NCBI GenBank assembly: GCA_963664815.2
Contig: CAXXHB010000002.1
Location: forward strand, 1 to 64,000
DNA length: 64,000 nt
Reading direction: 5' to 3'
DNA from: Spirochaetota bacterium
GTDB taxonomy: Bacteria > Spirochaetota > UBA4802 > UBA5550
The position numbers were made by a program, and so were the translations under genes. The notes beneath the pieces are model-generated. The model had not been told where the DNA came from. It did no database searches and was given only the letters and a program-made list of their open reading frames with translations. Positions 51,604 to 61,884 of the stretch are shown here, in pieces. Numbering within the stretch: position 1 is the first letter of the stretch; each line of letters opens with the position of its first letter.

Positions 51604-53781
51604 ATGCCCCTTTCCAAATTTATGCTCAATGCGGCAAAACTTACACTTGATGCGGTTTTCAAAGCATCTGAAGCAGATATCAGGGTACATGGAATTGAGA
51701 AAATTCCGGCAAGCCATGTTCTTTTTGCAGTAAATCATTTTACCAGAATAGAGACAGCTTTTCTTCCTTACATAATTCACAAACATACAAAACAGCATTC
51801 GTTATCTCTTGCTGATTCCTCTTTCTTCAAAGGGCGACTCGATTCAATACTGCATAAAATGGGGGCTGTTTCTACCAAGGACCCGGACAGGGATAAAGTT
51901 CTCACTAATGCGCTTTTGTCCGGAAAAATGAGTGTAATAATTTTTCCGGAAGGACAGATGATTAAAGATAAGAAACTTGTCGAAAAGGGAAAATATCTGG
52001 TTTATAACACTGGTATCAGAAGACCTCCTCACACAGGTGCAGCTAAAATCGCTATTCAGGTTGAAATATACAGACAGATCATAAAGAAACTTTACGAGAA
52101 AAAAAGATTTGAAGACATAGAAATGATTAAAGATATATATGAATTAAAAAATGAGGATATGTCAAGCATTCTTACAGGTTCAACATATATAGTACCGGTT
52201 AACATAACATACTACCCTATCAGGGCGAGAAATAACCTGATAAAGAAAATAGTGGAAAAGTTCACTAAAGAAGTTTCCAGGAGGGTTGCCGAAGAACTTG
52301 AGATTGAAGGGACAATGCTAACCAAAGGAGTCGACATCGATATCAATTTTGGTACTGCTTTAAAAATGTCCGATTATATAAAATCCACATCGATAATCAA
52401 AAATATTTTTTCCTGCCGTCAGGAGACATGCTTCGGAGAGATCGGCGACAGCGATCGTATAAACAAGTTAAGTATAAAGGTGATGCAGGATTACATGAAT
52501 TCAATCTACTCCATGACAACGGTTAATCACGATCATATATTCGCGTATATTCTGGCAAATTATCCAAAAAACTCTATAAGGGATTATGACTTTAAAAACA
52601 GGGCCTCCCTTGCGATAGAAAGAATTAAAAAATTTAAAAAATACTCATTCCATTCAACACTTGTTAAACGCCACGATAATATCGGATCTGATGTTTTCCA
52701 TGAAAAATACGACAGCTTCATGGAAGAGGCTGTAAAAAACAATCTCGTGCAGATTAAAGGTGATACAATCATTAAAAATATGGGGAAGTTTGCCATTCTC
52801 TATAATTTTCATTTTGTCAGAAAAGATAATTTTATTGAAGTCCTTAAAAATGAGCTCGAACCATTAACAGAGCTTACAAACATGCTGCGCCGTATAATGT
52901 TTATGACTCCATGGCTTGTGAAAATAAATATCAGAGATACTTTCCTTAAACTCGATCAGAAAATATATCAGGATGATTATAACCAGTTTTACAGAGAGGG
53001 TATTTCAAAAACTGAAAAAACGGGAGACCCTTTTTTTCTTCATAACATGTTCAATAAGCATGGAGTAATTCTTGTACACGGATATATGGCCGCACCGGAA
53101 GAAATACGATTGCTTGCCGATAAACTTTATAAAGCCGGCTATTCGGTTTACGGAGTGAGACTCCGCGGACATGGGACTACACCTGAAGATCTATCCGGAC
53201 GAAGGTGGCAGGATTGGAATGAGTCGGTTAACAGAGGATATGTTGTAATGAAAAACAGTGTTTCAAGCTTTGCCGTTGCGGGATTTTCAACAGGTGCCGG
53301 ACTAGCACTGCTTCAGGCCATACAGAAAGGGAATAAACTTAAAGCAGTTATTTCAATCGCTGCACCACTGCGGCTCCAGGACATAAGAGCTTCTTTTTCC
53401 GGTGCGGTAAGTTTTTTTAATACCATACTTAAGAAATTTAAAATAGAAAAGGGGAAGATGGAATTCGTACCAAATATTCCGGAGAATCCCGACATCAATT
53501 ACGCCAAAAATCCGATTAATGGTACCTATGAACTCGGACAGCTGATGAAGTATGTAGAGACAAATCTTCCCAGAATTACTATTCCGGCACTTCTTGTTCA
53601 GGCTACCGGTGATCCGGTAGTAAATCCTCAAAGCGCAGATGAAATTTATTCAAAGATAAGTTCATACGATAAAGCGCTTATTAAAATTAAATCTGACAGG
53701 CATGGGATAATCCGCGGAAAAGAGCTTAAAGAAGTAGCCGATGAAGTAATTTCATTCCTTGACAGGATTTTTGAAAAATAA
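51604..53781 (+). CDS. Fusion of PlsC/PlsB-like acyltransferase and alpha/beta hydrolase (carboxylesterase/monoacylglycerol lipase-like)
   Basis: NHFTRIE and IIFPEG in the N-terminus; VHGY, GHGT, GFSTG (GxSxG), DPVV and RHG in the C-terminus. Confidence 0.85.
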   Translation: MPLSKFMLNAAKLTLDAVFKASEADIRVHGIEKIPASHVLFAVNHFTRIETAFLPYIIHKHTKQHSLSLADSSFFKGRLDSILHKMGAVSTKDPDRDKVLTNALLSGKMSVIIFPEGQMIKDKKLVEKGKYLVYNTGIRRPPHTGAAKIAIQVEIYRQIIKKLYEKKRFEDIEMIKDIYELKNEDMSSILTGSTYIVPVNITYYPIRARNNLIKKIVEKFTKEVSRRVAEELEIEGTMLTKGVDIDINFGTALKMSDYIKSTSIIKNIFSCRQETCFGEIGDSDRINKLSIKVMQDYMNSIYSMTTVNHDHIFAYILANYPKNSIRDYDFKNRASLAIERIKKFKKYSFHSTLVKRHDNIGSDVFHEKYDSFMEEAVKNNLVQIKGDTIIKNMGKFAILYNFHFVRKDNFIEVLKNELEPLTELTNMLRRIMFMTPWLVKINIRDTFLKLDQKIYQDDYNQFYREGISKTEKTGDPFFLHNMFNKHGVILVHGYMAAPEEIRLLADKLYKAGYSVYGVRLRGHGTTPEDLSGRRWQDWNESVNRGYVVMKNSVSSFAVAGFSTGAGLALLQAIQKGNKLKAVISIAAPLRLQDIRASFSGAVSFFNTILKKFKIEKGKMEFVPNIPENPDINYAKNPINGTYELGQLMKYVETNLPRITIPALLVQATGDPVVNPQSADEIYSKISSYDKALIKIKSDRHGIIRGKELKEVADEVISFLDRIFEK

Positions 53782-53899
53782 AACTGTGTAACAAAAAATA
53801 TAATGTTAATTCTTAATTTCATATTGTATTTCTTATAATAATATAATTACCGCCAGCAGGTCATGATAATTAGTATAAATTACTTAAAAGGAAAATTTT

Positions 53900-54523
53900 A
53901 TGTTCGCAGGTAAAAGTGTTTTTTCAATACTCAATTCAGGAGGTGGCATTATGTATATTCTTCTACTATGCTCCATTCTGACAATTGCTGTAATTTTTCA
54001 AAAATCCCTCCTGTTCATGGGTATAAGAAAATCTGACAGAAGAGGTCTGATCGAAAGGATAAAAATAAAAGTTGTAGCCGGAGATATTGAGGGGGCTAAA
54101 GAGGAATGCCTGAAGAACAAAAACCCGTACTCCAATGTTCTCTACTCCGGACTCTGCCAGTACGGGAAAAGTGATTCAGCTATCGAAAGCGCAATGGAAA
54201 GAGAGATTGCTGAAGAGGTTATGGATCTTGAAGAGAACACCGGTATCGTAGGAACTATCGGAAATACCGCTGTCTATATAGGGCTTTTCGGAACTGTAAT
54301 AGGAATTATGAAGGCTTTTCATGATATAACCACTATGGGTCAAACCGGAATGAATACTGTTATTATTGGAGTATCCGAAGCGCTGATTGCAACAGCTACC
54401 GGTCTACTTGTCGCGATCCCTTCAGTAATAGCATTTAATTACTTCATGACCAGGATTGACAGAATTATGAAAGAGATGCAGTTATGCGCATCAGAACTTT
54501 CTGATTACCTTAAACGAAGATAA
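53900..54523 (+). CDS. MotA/TolQ/ExbB proton channel family protein
   Basis: IGLFGTVIGIM.AF and GVSEALIATATGL.VAIP. Confidence 0.92.
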   Translation: MFAGKSVFSILNSGGGIMYILLLCSILTIAVIFQKSLLFMGIRKSDRRGLIERIKIKVVAGDIEGAKEECLKNKNPYSNVLYSGLCQYGKSDSAIESAMEREIAEEVMDLEENTGIVGTIGNTAVYIGLFGTVIGIMKAFHDITTMGQTGMNTVIIGVSEALIATATGLLVAIPSVIAFNYFMTRIDRIMKEMQLCASELSDYLKRR

Positions 54524-54529
54524 AATGTT

Positions 54530-54934
54530 ATGAAAATTAATACACCCAGAAATATACGTATAAAATCAGAAATCAACATTACACCATTTACTGACGTTGT
54601 TCTTGTCCTTCTTATTATCTTTATGATTACAACACCAATGATAATACAGTCAAGCATCACAGTAAATATTCCTAAATCCAGTCATGGAACTGAGGGTAAA
54701 AATCAACAGTTTGAAGTCGTGATAAAAGGGGAGAAAGAAATTTATTTTAATAATAAAAGCACAGATCTCCCCACGCTTAAAAACGAAATGACAGAACATG
54801 CCAGAGACATGCCGGATATTCCCCTTGTGATCCGGGCCGACAGAGATGTAAAATATTATATGATAGTTGATATGATGGATCTGGCCAAAGAATCAGGAGT
54901 GGCAAAAATTTCTCTTAATGTTGAAAAGCCCTGA
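54530..54934 (+). CDS. ExbD/TolR family protein
   Basis: EINITPFTDVVLVLLIIFMIT and IRAD. Confidence 0.92.
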   Translation: MKINTPRNIRIKSEINITPFTDVVLVLLIIFMITTPMIIQSSITVNIPKSSHGTEGKNQQFEVVIKGEKEIYFNNKSTDLPTLKNEMTEHARDMPDIPLVIRADRDVKYYMIVDMMDLAKESGVAKISLNVEKP

Positions 54935-54947
54935 TATAATATTGATT

Positions 54948-56795
54948 CTAAAGAAAAAATTCAAGCTCCACAGTTTCTCCATCGTAATGTTTCTCGGGTT
55001 TAACAGAAAGCTTCTCAAAAACCGCCAGCATCTTCCTGTTTTGAGAAAGTACCGAGGCGCATAATTTTTTTATTCCCCTTTCTTTAGCAATCTTAATAAG
55101 AAAATTGGCCAGAAACGTTGCAAGACCTTTCCCCTGAAACTCCTCGTCAACAAGAAATGCCATCTCATATACCTCACCGTCCGGATAAGCAGCATACCTT
55201 GCTTCGGCAACTATTCTCTCAAGATTTCCATGCTGTAAAACAGCAACAATTGCCATTATATTTTCATAATCCACACTTAGATATTTCTGCATATTCTTAT
55301 GAGGCATTACTTTTACATGGGTGAAATACCTGTAATATTTTGATTCATCGGAAAATTTATAAAAAAGCCTTCGCATCATATCCTCATCGGATGCCCTTAT
55401 GGGCCTTATTTTAAGTTCCAGCCCGTCTTTAAACGTTTTTACCGTTTCGATTTTCGCCGGGTAATTTGCAGCAATTGACCTGTATATCTGATCGTGATAC
55501 AAATAACCTTCTTCTTTGGCCCTGTTAAAAAGAACCTCCCGGTGATCCGGATGAGCTATCTCTATAAGAGACAGCGCTCTCTCCCTGTTGGATTTTCCAA
55601 ACAGAGTGGCCACTCCGTATTCAGTTACAACATATCTCGCGGCGCTTTGAGTTGACCTTACTCTGTCATTATCCCTGTTGTGTGATATTACTATGTTGCT
55701 CTCTCCGTTCTGCCCCACAGACTTAAGGGCAAAAATTACTTTCCCGCTTCCGGAAAAGGCAGTACCCGCAGCGAAATTGAATTTACTCTCATATCCTGAA
55801 AGAAGATCATCTCCGGCGTAGACCAGTACCCTCGCTGCCGTAATATCGATCTTCTCAACATTCATAATACTTATCAGTTTAGGGATGTTCTTTATTTTCA
55901 GCGGATTTGAAAGTTCAGCTATTGGATAAAATCCAAAAAGCTGATTATGGTCAACATAATCATAAAGTTCTCTTGTACCAAAACAATAACTTGTTGAGAT
56001 CTGCCCCCCGTACTCCCTTTTCCTTTCAACCGATATTGCTCCTGATTCTACAAGGTCAATTATCCAGTCAGAAACGACATTAGTAAGAATGCCAAGATTT
56101 TTCTTTACCATAAGGTGAGCCGCTATCGCATCAAATATCCTGCCCGCATGCAGCACAACAGTTGACCCATCCTGTATGAGATTGCTTATATGCCATCCGA
56201 TTATATCCTGAACACTGTCATACGCTTTCCGTTCCCTTTCAAGAATATGTTCATCACTCATGATCACATAGTCAACCTGATCGACATGGATTGAAGTTTC
56301 ACCATAGGTAACGGGCATATTCGGATTTACTTCGGTTATTACTAAAGAGGCATGATTTATAACAGTATCTGCAACATCTATGGCAACCCCAAGGCTCATA
56401 TATCCTCTTTTATCCGGAGGCGATGTAGTTACTACGGCAATATCAATCTCAATTGCTTTTGTTGCAAAGATATAGGGTATCTCTACAAGATTGGCGGGTA
56501 TATAATCTTTTTTCCCTCCTGATGCATCTTCAACATCTGTTTCCCCGCTTCTGAATGTTTTAAGACGGTAATTCTGATTATCATTTGATTCATCAGAAAA
56601 AAAATATCCTGAAGAAAAAAGCTGTATTATCTCAAGATCATAGTTTCTCAGTTTTTCAGATGTTGTAATCTCTTTTGCAGCCAGTGTCGGGATACATGGA
56701 CCGCTTGTAAGAAAAATTTTATTCCCCGGTTTTATAAGCGATATGAATTTGTTTAAATCTATAATTTTACTGTTAAAATTTTCCGTCTTATACAT
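54948..56795 (-). CDS. Acetyl-CoA hydrolase/transferase-family domain fused to a GNAT acetyltransferase
   Basis: SPPD.RGYMSLG, EVNPNMP and YVVTEYG...RERALSLI.IAHP; C-terminal Pat-type GNAT (IRPIRASD, FQGKGLA, N.KML.VF.K). Confidence 0.88.
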   Translation of the reverse strand: MYKTENFNSKIIDLNKFISLIKPGNKIFLTSGPCIPTLAAKEITTSEKLRNYDLEIIQLFSSGYFFSDESNDNQNYRLKTFRSGETDVEDASGGKKDYIPANLVEIPYIFATKAIEIDIAVVTTSPPDKRGYMSLGVAIDVADTVINHASLVITEVNPNMPVTYGETSIHVDQVDYVIMSDEHILERERKAYDSVQDIIGWHISNLIQDGSTVVLHAGRIFDAIAAHLMVKKNLGILTNVVSDWIIDLVESGAISVERKREYGGQISTSYCFGTRELYDYVDHNQLFGFYPIAELSNPLKIKNIPKLISIMNVEKIDITAARVLVYAGDDLLSGYESKFNFAAGTAFSGSGKVIFALKSVGQNGESNIVISHNRDNDRVRSTQSAARYVVTEYGVATLFGKSNRERALSLIEIAHPDHREVLFNRAKEEGYLYHDQIYRSIAANYPAKIETVKTFKDGLELKIRPIRASDEDMMRRLFYKFSDESKYYRYFTHVKVMPHKNMQKYLSVDYENIMAIVAVLQHGNLERIVAEARYAAYPDGEVYEMAFLVDEEFQGKGLATFLANFLIKIAKERGIKKLCASVLSQNRKMLAVFEKLSVKPEKHYDGETVELEFFL

Positions 56796-56912
56796 TCCTC
56801 TCCCCTTTTCTTCCCGATAGAGAATTCAATTGAATCTATTATAACTTATTATACACATAAAAGTACAGTAATAAAGTTTTTTAATCTTTCCGATAATTTA
56901 TTTCATTTTAGC

Positions 56913-56940
56913 TTGACATAATACAAATGTATGCTATTTT
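56913..56940 (+). promoter_or_regulatory. sigma70 promoter of lexA with an embedded palindrome (candidate SOS box)
   Basis: TTGACA (56913-56918), TG-n-TATTTT (56932-56940) and palindrome ATACA-AA-TGTAT at 56921-56932. Confidence 0.6.
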
Positions 56941-56970
56941 TATGTTTAGTTTCTAAAAAGAAGGTAAAAT

Positions 56971-57576
56971 ATGACAAAAGACCTTACTGATAAACAACAA
57001 CTTATACTTAATTTTATCAAAGAATCAATAAATGATTCAGGATTTCCTCCGACAGTCCGTGAAATAGGGGATAAATTCGGAATCACAGTTAAGGGCGCCT
57101 ATGATCATATGAAGGCTATTGAAAAAAAGGGTTATATCAAAACAGAACATAACAAATCACGCGCTATTGTTATCACGGATGACGAACATGATGATAAAAG
57201 TTCAGGAATTAGCATACCTTTACTTGGCAGAATTGCCGCTGGATCTCCAATCCTCGCAGAGGAAAATATTGAAAATTATCTGTCTTTTCCGGAAGAGATG
57301 TTCAACAAGGGGGAATTCTTTGCTCTTACTGTAAAAGGCGATTCGATGATAGAAGGTGGTATTTTTAACGGAGATATAGCCGTTATCAAAAAGCAGAATA
57401 CCGCAAACAATGGCGAGATTATTGCTGCGCTTATTGAGGAAGAGGCAACTCTTAAAGTCTTTCAGAAAACACCCAATTCCATAAAACTTATACCAAAAAA
57501 TTCCTCTTATAAACCTATTGAGGTTACAGAAATATCTATTATGGGCAAACTTGCCGCCGTATTCAGAAGATACTGA
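56971..57576 (+). CDS. lexA: LexA repressor
   Basis: PPTVREIG HTH, AAG cleavage site, GDSM (Ser) and ATLK (Lys). Confidence 0.97.
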   Translation: MTKDLTDKQQLILNFIKESINDSGFPPTVREIGDKFGITVKGAYDHMKAIEKKGYIKTEHNKSRAIVITDDEHDDKSSGISIPLLGRIAAGSPILAEENIENYLSFPEEMFNKGEFFALTVKGDSMIEGGIFNGDIAVIKKQNTANNGEIIAALIEEEATLKVFQKTPNSIKLIPKNSSYKPIEVTEISIMGKLAAVFRRY

Positions 57577-57643
57577 TAATTATCTTTTTTATTTGACAGT
57601 TCCCGCTGTTTCGTAAAAAATCAGGCAATTAAGAACCAGATAG

Positions 57644-59110
57644 ATGAAAAGTAAACTTTACCTGATAATAATTTCTTTATTTATAAGCAGTATTCTCCAT
57701 GCATCACCTGTTGCGGGAGTTTCTGTTATTTCAGGCAATACGGAGAGGGCATCAGCCATAGCGATTATTCTTGAACAGCACATACTTGAAATCCTTAAAA
57801 AAAACAGTTTTAACACAATTCAACCTGAAATAATAAACCGCGAACTCAACAAATTTAACTGCACTGAAGAAAAATGCATCCTCGCTTTTGCAGTAAATGC
57901 TGATATTGATCTTGTAATATCCGGAACAGTGATTGATAAAAAAAATTCTATCATTATAAAACTCAGAGCTTATGGAATTAATATCCCTTTTAATAAAAGA
58001 ATTATAAACAGTTACGAAGTTACAATTCCCATGAATGTAAATATAAACATAAGAGAATTCAGCCTGATCAGTGAAGAACATGCTGCCGGATTTCTTCAAA
58101 AAACTTTAAATGTATTTCTCTTTCCTGTTAATATCATAAAATATCGGAATACATTAATCCTTGCCGATAGTCTAAAGATAAACGGGAAATTTAACATCTA
58201 TATGAAAGATCAATCCGGTTCTATACTGGAATGTGGTAAGGCCGATATTACAGAGGGCATTCTGTCCGTTACAAACGGCAACCCTGAAGGGGATATATTC
58301 ATTTTCATCTCTTTTAAAGATAAAAGCAATGAAATGCATCAATATTACAGTACGCGCAAGAGAGAACTGGTTTTTGAAAAAACTTCATTCTATGATACAC
58401 TCTTCATTCTTGCAATAACACCATTTGCAAGTGCATCAATGCCTGTTTCTTCTCCGTTTCTGGGGTATTACATGAACAATGACTGGGGTGGACTCGGTTT
58501 ATGGATGATGAATGCTCCTCCCTACCTTTATATGGAAGCTCGAGGGCTCATCAACTCACCTTCAAAACTTAAAAGCAGAAATGAAAATATTTCCCGCGAC
58601 GATAAGGCACTTAACTATTTTGCATGGTATATGCTCTGTGCCGGGGGAATGCCTCTTTTTATAGATTCATACACTGTAAACTATCTTCATAAAGCTTCCT
58701 ATTTTACAGGTGACAATCAACTTCTTGGCAATTCGGCCACCGCCGCTCTGCTCTCCCTTACAAGCAATGGCGCCGGACATTTTTACAGGGGTGACAGATT
58801 CTGGGGTTATTTTTATTTTCATTTAAACAACATTCTTCTCTATATGACTTTAAGAGAATTTTCCGCGCCTGAGAGTTATGATGAAGCATCTGACACTTAT
58901 ACAAAAAAGAATAAAAACAGGAACAGACAAATTGCTTTTTGTTCTGTTTTTGCACTGTCAAAGACAGTTGAAACATTACATGCTATACTGAAAAATGAAA
59001 ATCTTTCAAGCGGAGATGTTACAGATGAATATATTATACCCTCACCTCTACTAACCATTGATGAAAGAGGAAATCCTGTCTATGGATTCAATGTTACATT
59101 AAGATTCTGA
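57644..59110 (+). CDS. Exported/membrane hypothetical protein (N-terminal CsgG/FlgO-like domain)
   Basis: Signal peptide, C.EE.C...ADIDLVISGTV, hydrophobic C-terminal half and terminal Phe. Confidence 0.6.
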   Translation: MKSKLYLIIISLFISSILHASPVAGVSVISGNTERASAIAIILEQHILEILKKNSFNTIQPEIINRELNKFNCTEEKCILAFAVNADIDLVISGTVIDKKNSIIIKLRAYGINIPFNKRIINSYEVTIPMNVNINIREFSLISEEHAAGFLQKTLNVFLFPVNIIKYRNTLILADSLKINGKFNIYMKDQSGSILECGKADITEGILSVTNGNPEGDIFIFISFKDKSNEMHQYYSTRKRELVFEKTSFYDTLFILAITPFASASMPVSSPFLGYYMNNDWGGLGLWMMNAPPYLYMEARGLINSPSKLKSRNENISRDDKALNYFAWYMLCAGGMPLFIDSYTVNYLHKASYFTGDNQLLGNSATAALLSLTSNGAGHFYRGDRFWGYFYFHLNNILLYMTLREFSAPESYDEASDTYTKKNKNRNRQIAFCSVFALSKTVETLHAILKNENLSSGDVTDEYIIPSPLLTIDERGNPVYGFNVTLRF

Positions 59111-59217
59111 AAAAATATATCTTCCCATGATATTCGTTATACTGAAGAGTCTCCATTGAATATAGACTACGGAACCTGTATATTCACATCTCCAGTTTTT
59201 TAATGAAAAACTCTGCA

Positions 59218-60126
59218 TTATCTCCTGAAATCACCCATCACCTCATATGCATCGTTTACAACTACAAATGCCGTCGAATCAATACTTTTTATTATTCCTT
59301 TAATCTTTGGCAGTTCTCGTGTATGAAGAGCCACATATACAACATCTTTTGCTTCTCCGGTGTAACCCCCTTCTCCCTTAAGAATCGTGCAGCCCCTGTC
59401 AAGTTCTCTGATTATATACTCCCTTATTTTATCAGATTTATTGCTGACAATAAACAACTCCTTAGTATATGACATCCCCTCTACAATAAAATCTGTTCCC
59501 TTTGTTGTAATGTAAAGAGAGATGAAACCCCATAGTATAAGATTTGGATTTTTAAAAATAATTCCCACTCCGAAGATTACAAACGAATCAATCAGCAGAT
59601 ATGATGTGCCTACTGTTAATCCGAAATACTTTCTGAGCAGAAGAGCCGGGATATCACTCCCCCCTGTTGAACCGTTAAACTTTATGACAAATCCTACTCC
59701 GATGCCAAGAAGAAGCCCGCCGGCAACCACTGCAAGAAATGTTTCATTTGTAAACGATATGCTCTGCTCATTTATTCTGAAAATAAAATCTTTAAGAAAA
59801 GAAGCACCTGTGAACCGTTCTGATGCGAAGAGATCTGTAAAGAGAGAAAGAGTTAATATACCCCAGAGTGTTTTAACCCCGAACATCCTTCCGAAATTAA
59901 TAACTCCTATAATGAATAAAGGAATATTTATAAGAAGCATCATCAGACCGGCCGGGATATTGAAGAGATAGTAAAAAATCTGCGCCACACCTGCCGCTCC
60001 ACCTGGACAAGCTTTAAATGGAATTAGAAAAAGAGCCAATCCCAGCCCGCCAATGGCAGAACCTAAAATAATCCCACCCATATCTTTAAGAATACCGGTG
60101 ATATCAGTTCCCGAAATTCCGGTCAT
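59218..60126 (-). CDS. YitT family membrane protein
   Basis: PGG..G, NIPLF, GSTGGSDI, RGCT...GGYTG and D..AFV.V. Confidence 0.92.
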   Translation of the reverse strand: MTGISGTDITGILKDMGGIILGSAIGGLGLALFLIPFKACPGGAAGVAQIFYYLFNIPAGLMMLLINIPLFIIGVINFGRMFGVKTLWGILTLSLFTDLFASERFTGASFLKDFIFRINEQSISFTNETFLAVVAGGLLLGIGVGFVIKFNGSTGGSDIPALLLRKYFGLTVGTSYLLIDSFVIFGVGIIFKNPNLILWGFISLYITTKGTDFIVEGMSYTKELFIVSNKSDKIREYIIRELDRGCTILKGEGGYTGEAKDVVYVALHTRELPKIKGIIKSIDSTAFVVVNDAYEVMGDFRR

Positions 60127-60241
60127 TTTATTTCTCCGTTAATATACTTCTTATTCTTATAAAAAAAGGAGCTTTTCATTTAAATATTAAATTATGGAGA
60201 TCATGTGAAGATAATTTCTTCAGTGAATCTCTGATTAATGC

Positions 60242-61729
60242 TCAGACAAGTTTCTGAGCACATTCATATTCACTCTTCAGAAATTCTGCAATTTTAAGCA
60301 GTTCTGTTTCACTCTTAATATTAAATCTTTCCAGAACAATCTCTTCTATGTAATAATAAAAGTACTTCCTTTTCTCTATACCGGCAATCATATTGGCAAT
60401 ATAAACACAATATCCAACATCCATAAATTCTTCCGGTATACTTAAAGGTGAATGGTGAAATCTTATTATCTGCGCTAAAAAATCGGGGAAATTCCATTTT
60501 TCAGATACAAGATGTCCTATCTCGGCATGACTTATACCTATAGAAATCTCCTCCATAACGGTTGTAGTAATAATACTTCTGTCTTTAACAATCTCAGCAA
60601 TTGCTTTTAATGATTCCATATCAACAGCAAGTAGAATAACCTTTCCAAAATCATGAAGAAGGCCGGCAATATAAGCATTATCTGCCCCTCCCCCTGGAAT
60701 TTTAAATTTTACAGCCAGAAGCCTCGCGTAAAATGCGACCCTGTTGCAATGTTCCCATATCTCTTCATATCTGGTATACCTGCTCTCCATAATCTTCCTT
60801 GCATTGCTTGCAAGTAATATAGATACAAGATTCTTAAGTCCGATTTTCATAACCGCCCTGCTTACATCATCTACCCTCCGGCCGGATATAAACCCTGCAG
60901 AATTCGCCAGTTTAATAACATCTGATGTAACTGATACATCAAGCTTTATCATCTCTACAATCTTGTCAATATCAGCATCAAGAGATGAACACATTCTTAA
61001 TAATGTAATAATATTTTCGGGGAAAGTCGGTATACCGGTTATCTCTTCAAGAATCTGTTTTTTCACTGTAGTAATTATCTCTGGCGGTTTTAGCATATAA
61101 GGAATTCTGACAGAAGCAACAGTTACGTTATCAATACAATTTATCTTGAATGACGATGGATCAATTCCCATACTCTTAAGAAACATTACAACAAGGGCAA
61201 TTCCAAGCCCTGCACCTTCCGTTTCATCTTCAATCATTTCATAGATATCACTGAAATTTGACTGTTTAACAGCGATGTCTATTCTGCAATTAATCCTGTT
61301 TAACTCTTCGGGAATCACAGAAACGTTGTTTCTTACTTTAAAAATTAATGAATCACTCTCTTCATTAATTTGAAAATTGATACTATAAATGCTGTTTGCA
61401 ATATCATCTTTTATTAAATCAAAGTCTCCTACAATTTCTTCTTTAAATTGTTCTACACCCTGTTTGTATTGTAGCGGATTATTAATATCCAGATTATTTT
61501 TCTGAAAGAAAATTCTTTTTGCATTTGCTTTCAATGAATTGACAATCAGTTCTCTCAGTATTGTTATTACAGAATAAACCAGATATTGTAAATCATGCTT
61601 AGAAAGTTCTCTTGAAACGATACTATTAATAAACATCAGCAAATCATCAGTTACATATTTGAAGCTTATCTTTACAGGCTCACCTTTGATAATTTTTTCA
61701 TAAACCTGCTTTTTCTGTTCTATTATCAT
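60242..61729 (-). CDS. HATPase-like + HDOD domain protein
   Basis: ELIVNSLKAN and GAGLG in the N-terminus; HDOD (IPTFP, LANSA, GLLHDFGK, HAEIG...WNFP, HHSP). Confidence 0.88.
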   Translation of the reverse strand: MIIEQKKQVYEKIIKGEPVKISFKYVTDDLLMFINSIVSRELSKHDLQYLVYSVITILRELIVNSLKANAKRIFFQKNNLDINNPLQYKQGVEQFKEEIVGDFDLIKDDIANSIYSINFQINEESDSLIFKVRNNVSVIPEELNRINCRIDIAVKQSNFSDIYEMIEDETEGAGLGIALVVMFLKSMGIDPSSFKINCIDNVTVASVRIPYMLKPPEIITTVKKQILEEITGIPTFPENIITLLRMCSSLDADIDKIVEMIKLDVSVTSDVIKLANSAGFISGRRVDDVSRAVMKIGLKNLVSILLASNARKIMESRYTRYEEIWEHCNRVAFYARLLAVKFKIPGGGADNAYIAGLLHDFGKVILLAVDMESLKAIAEIVKDRSIITTTVMEEISIGISHAEIGHLVSEKWNFPDFLAQIIRFHHSPLSIPEEFMDVGYCVYIANMIAGIEKRKYFYYYIEEIVLERFNIKSETELLKIAEFLKSEYECAQKLV

Positions 61730-61884
61730 AAAATTCCTGAATAAATTTAATCTGCTCCTTTAAGAAATATTAAAATGTGTTGCTTAAATAATCAAGATTA
61801 TATTATTATAAAACTAATATATTTGACAAAAATTTCTGTTCAAATTATAATTCTGCCTATTAAAATCAGGGAGCTGTATTAAGA

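Noticed and set aside
56872-56896. TAAAGTTT...TCCGATAA sigma28-like promoter upstream of lexA
   Set aside because: The spacer is 9 nt rather than ~11; the sigma70 promoter just downstream is a better explanation.
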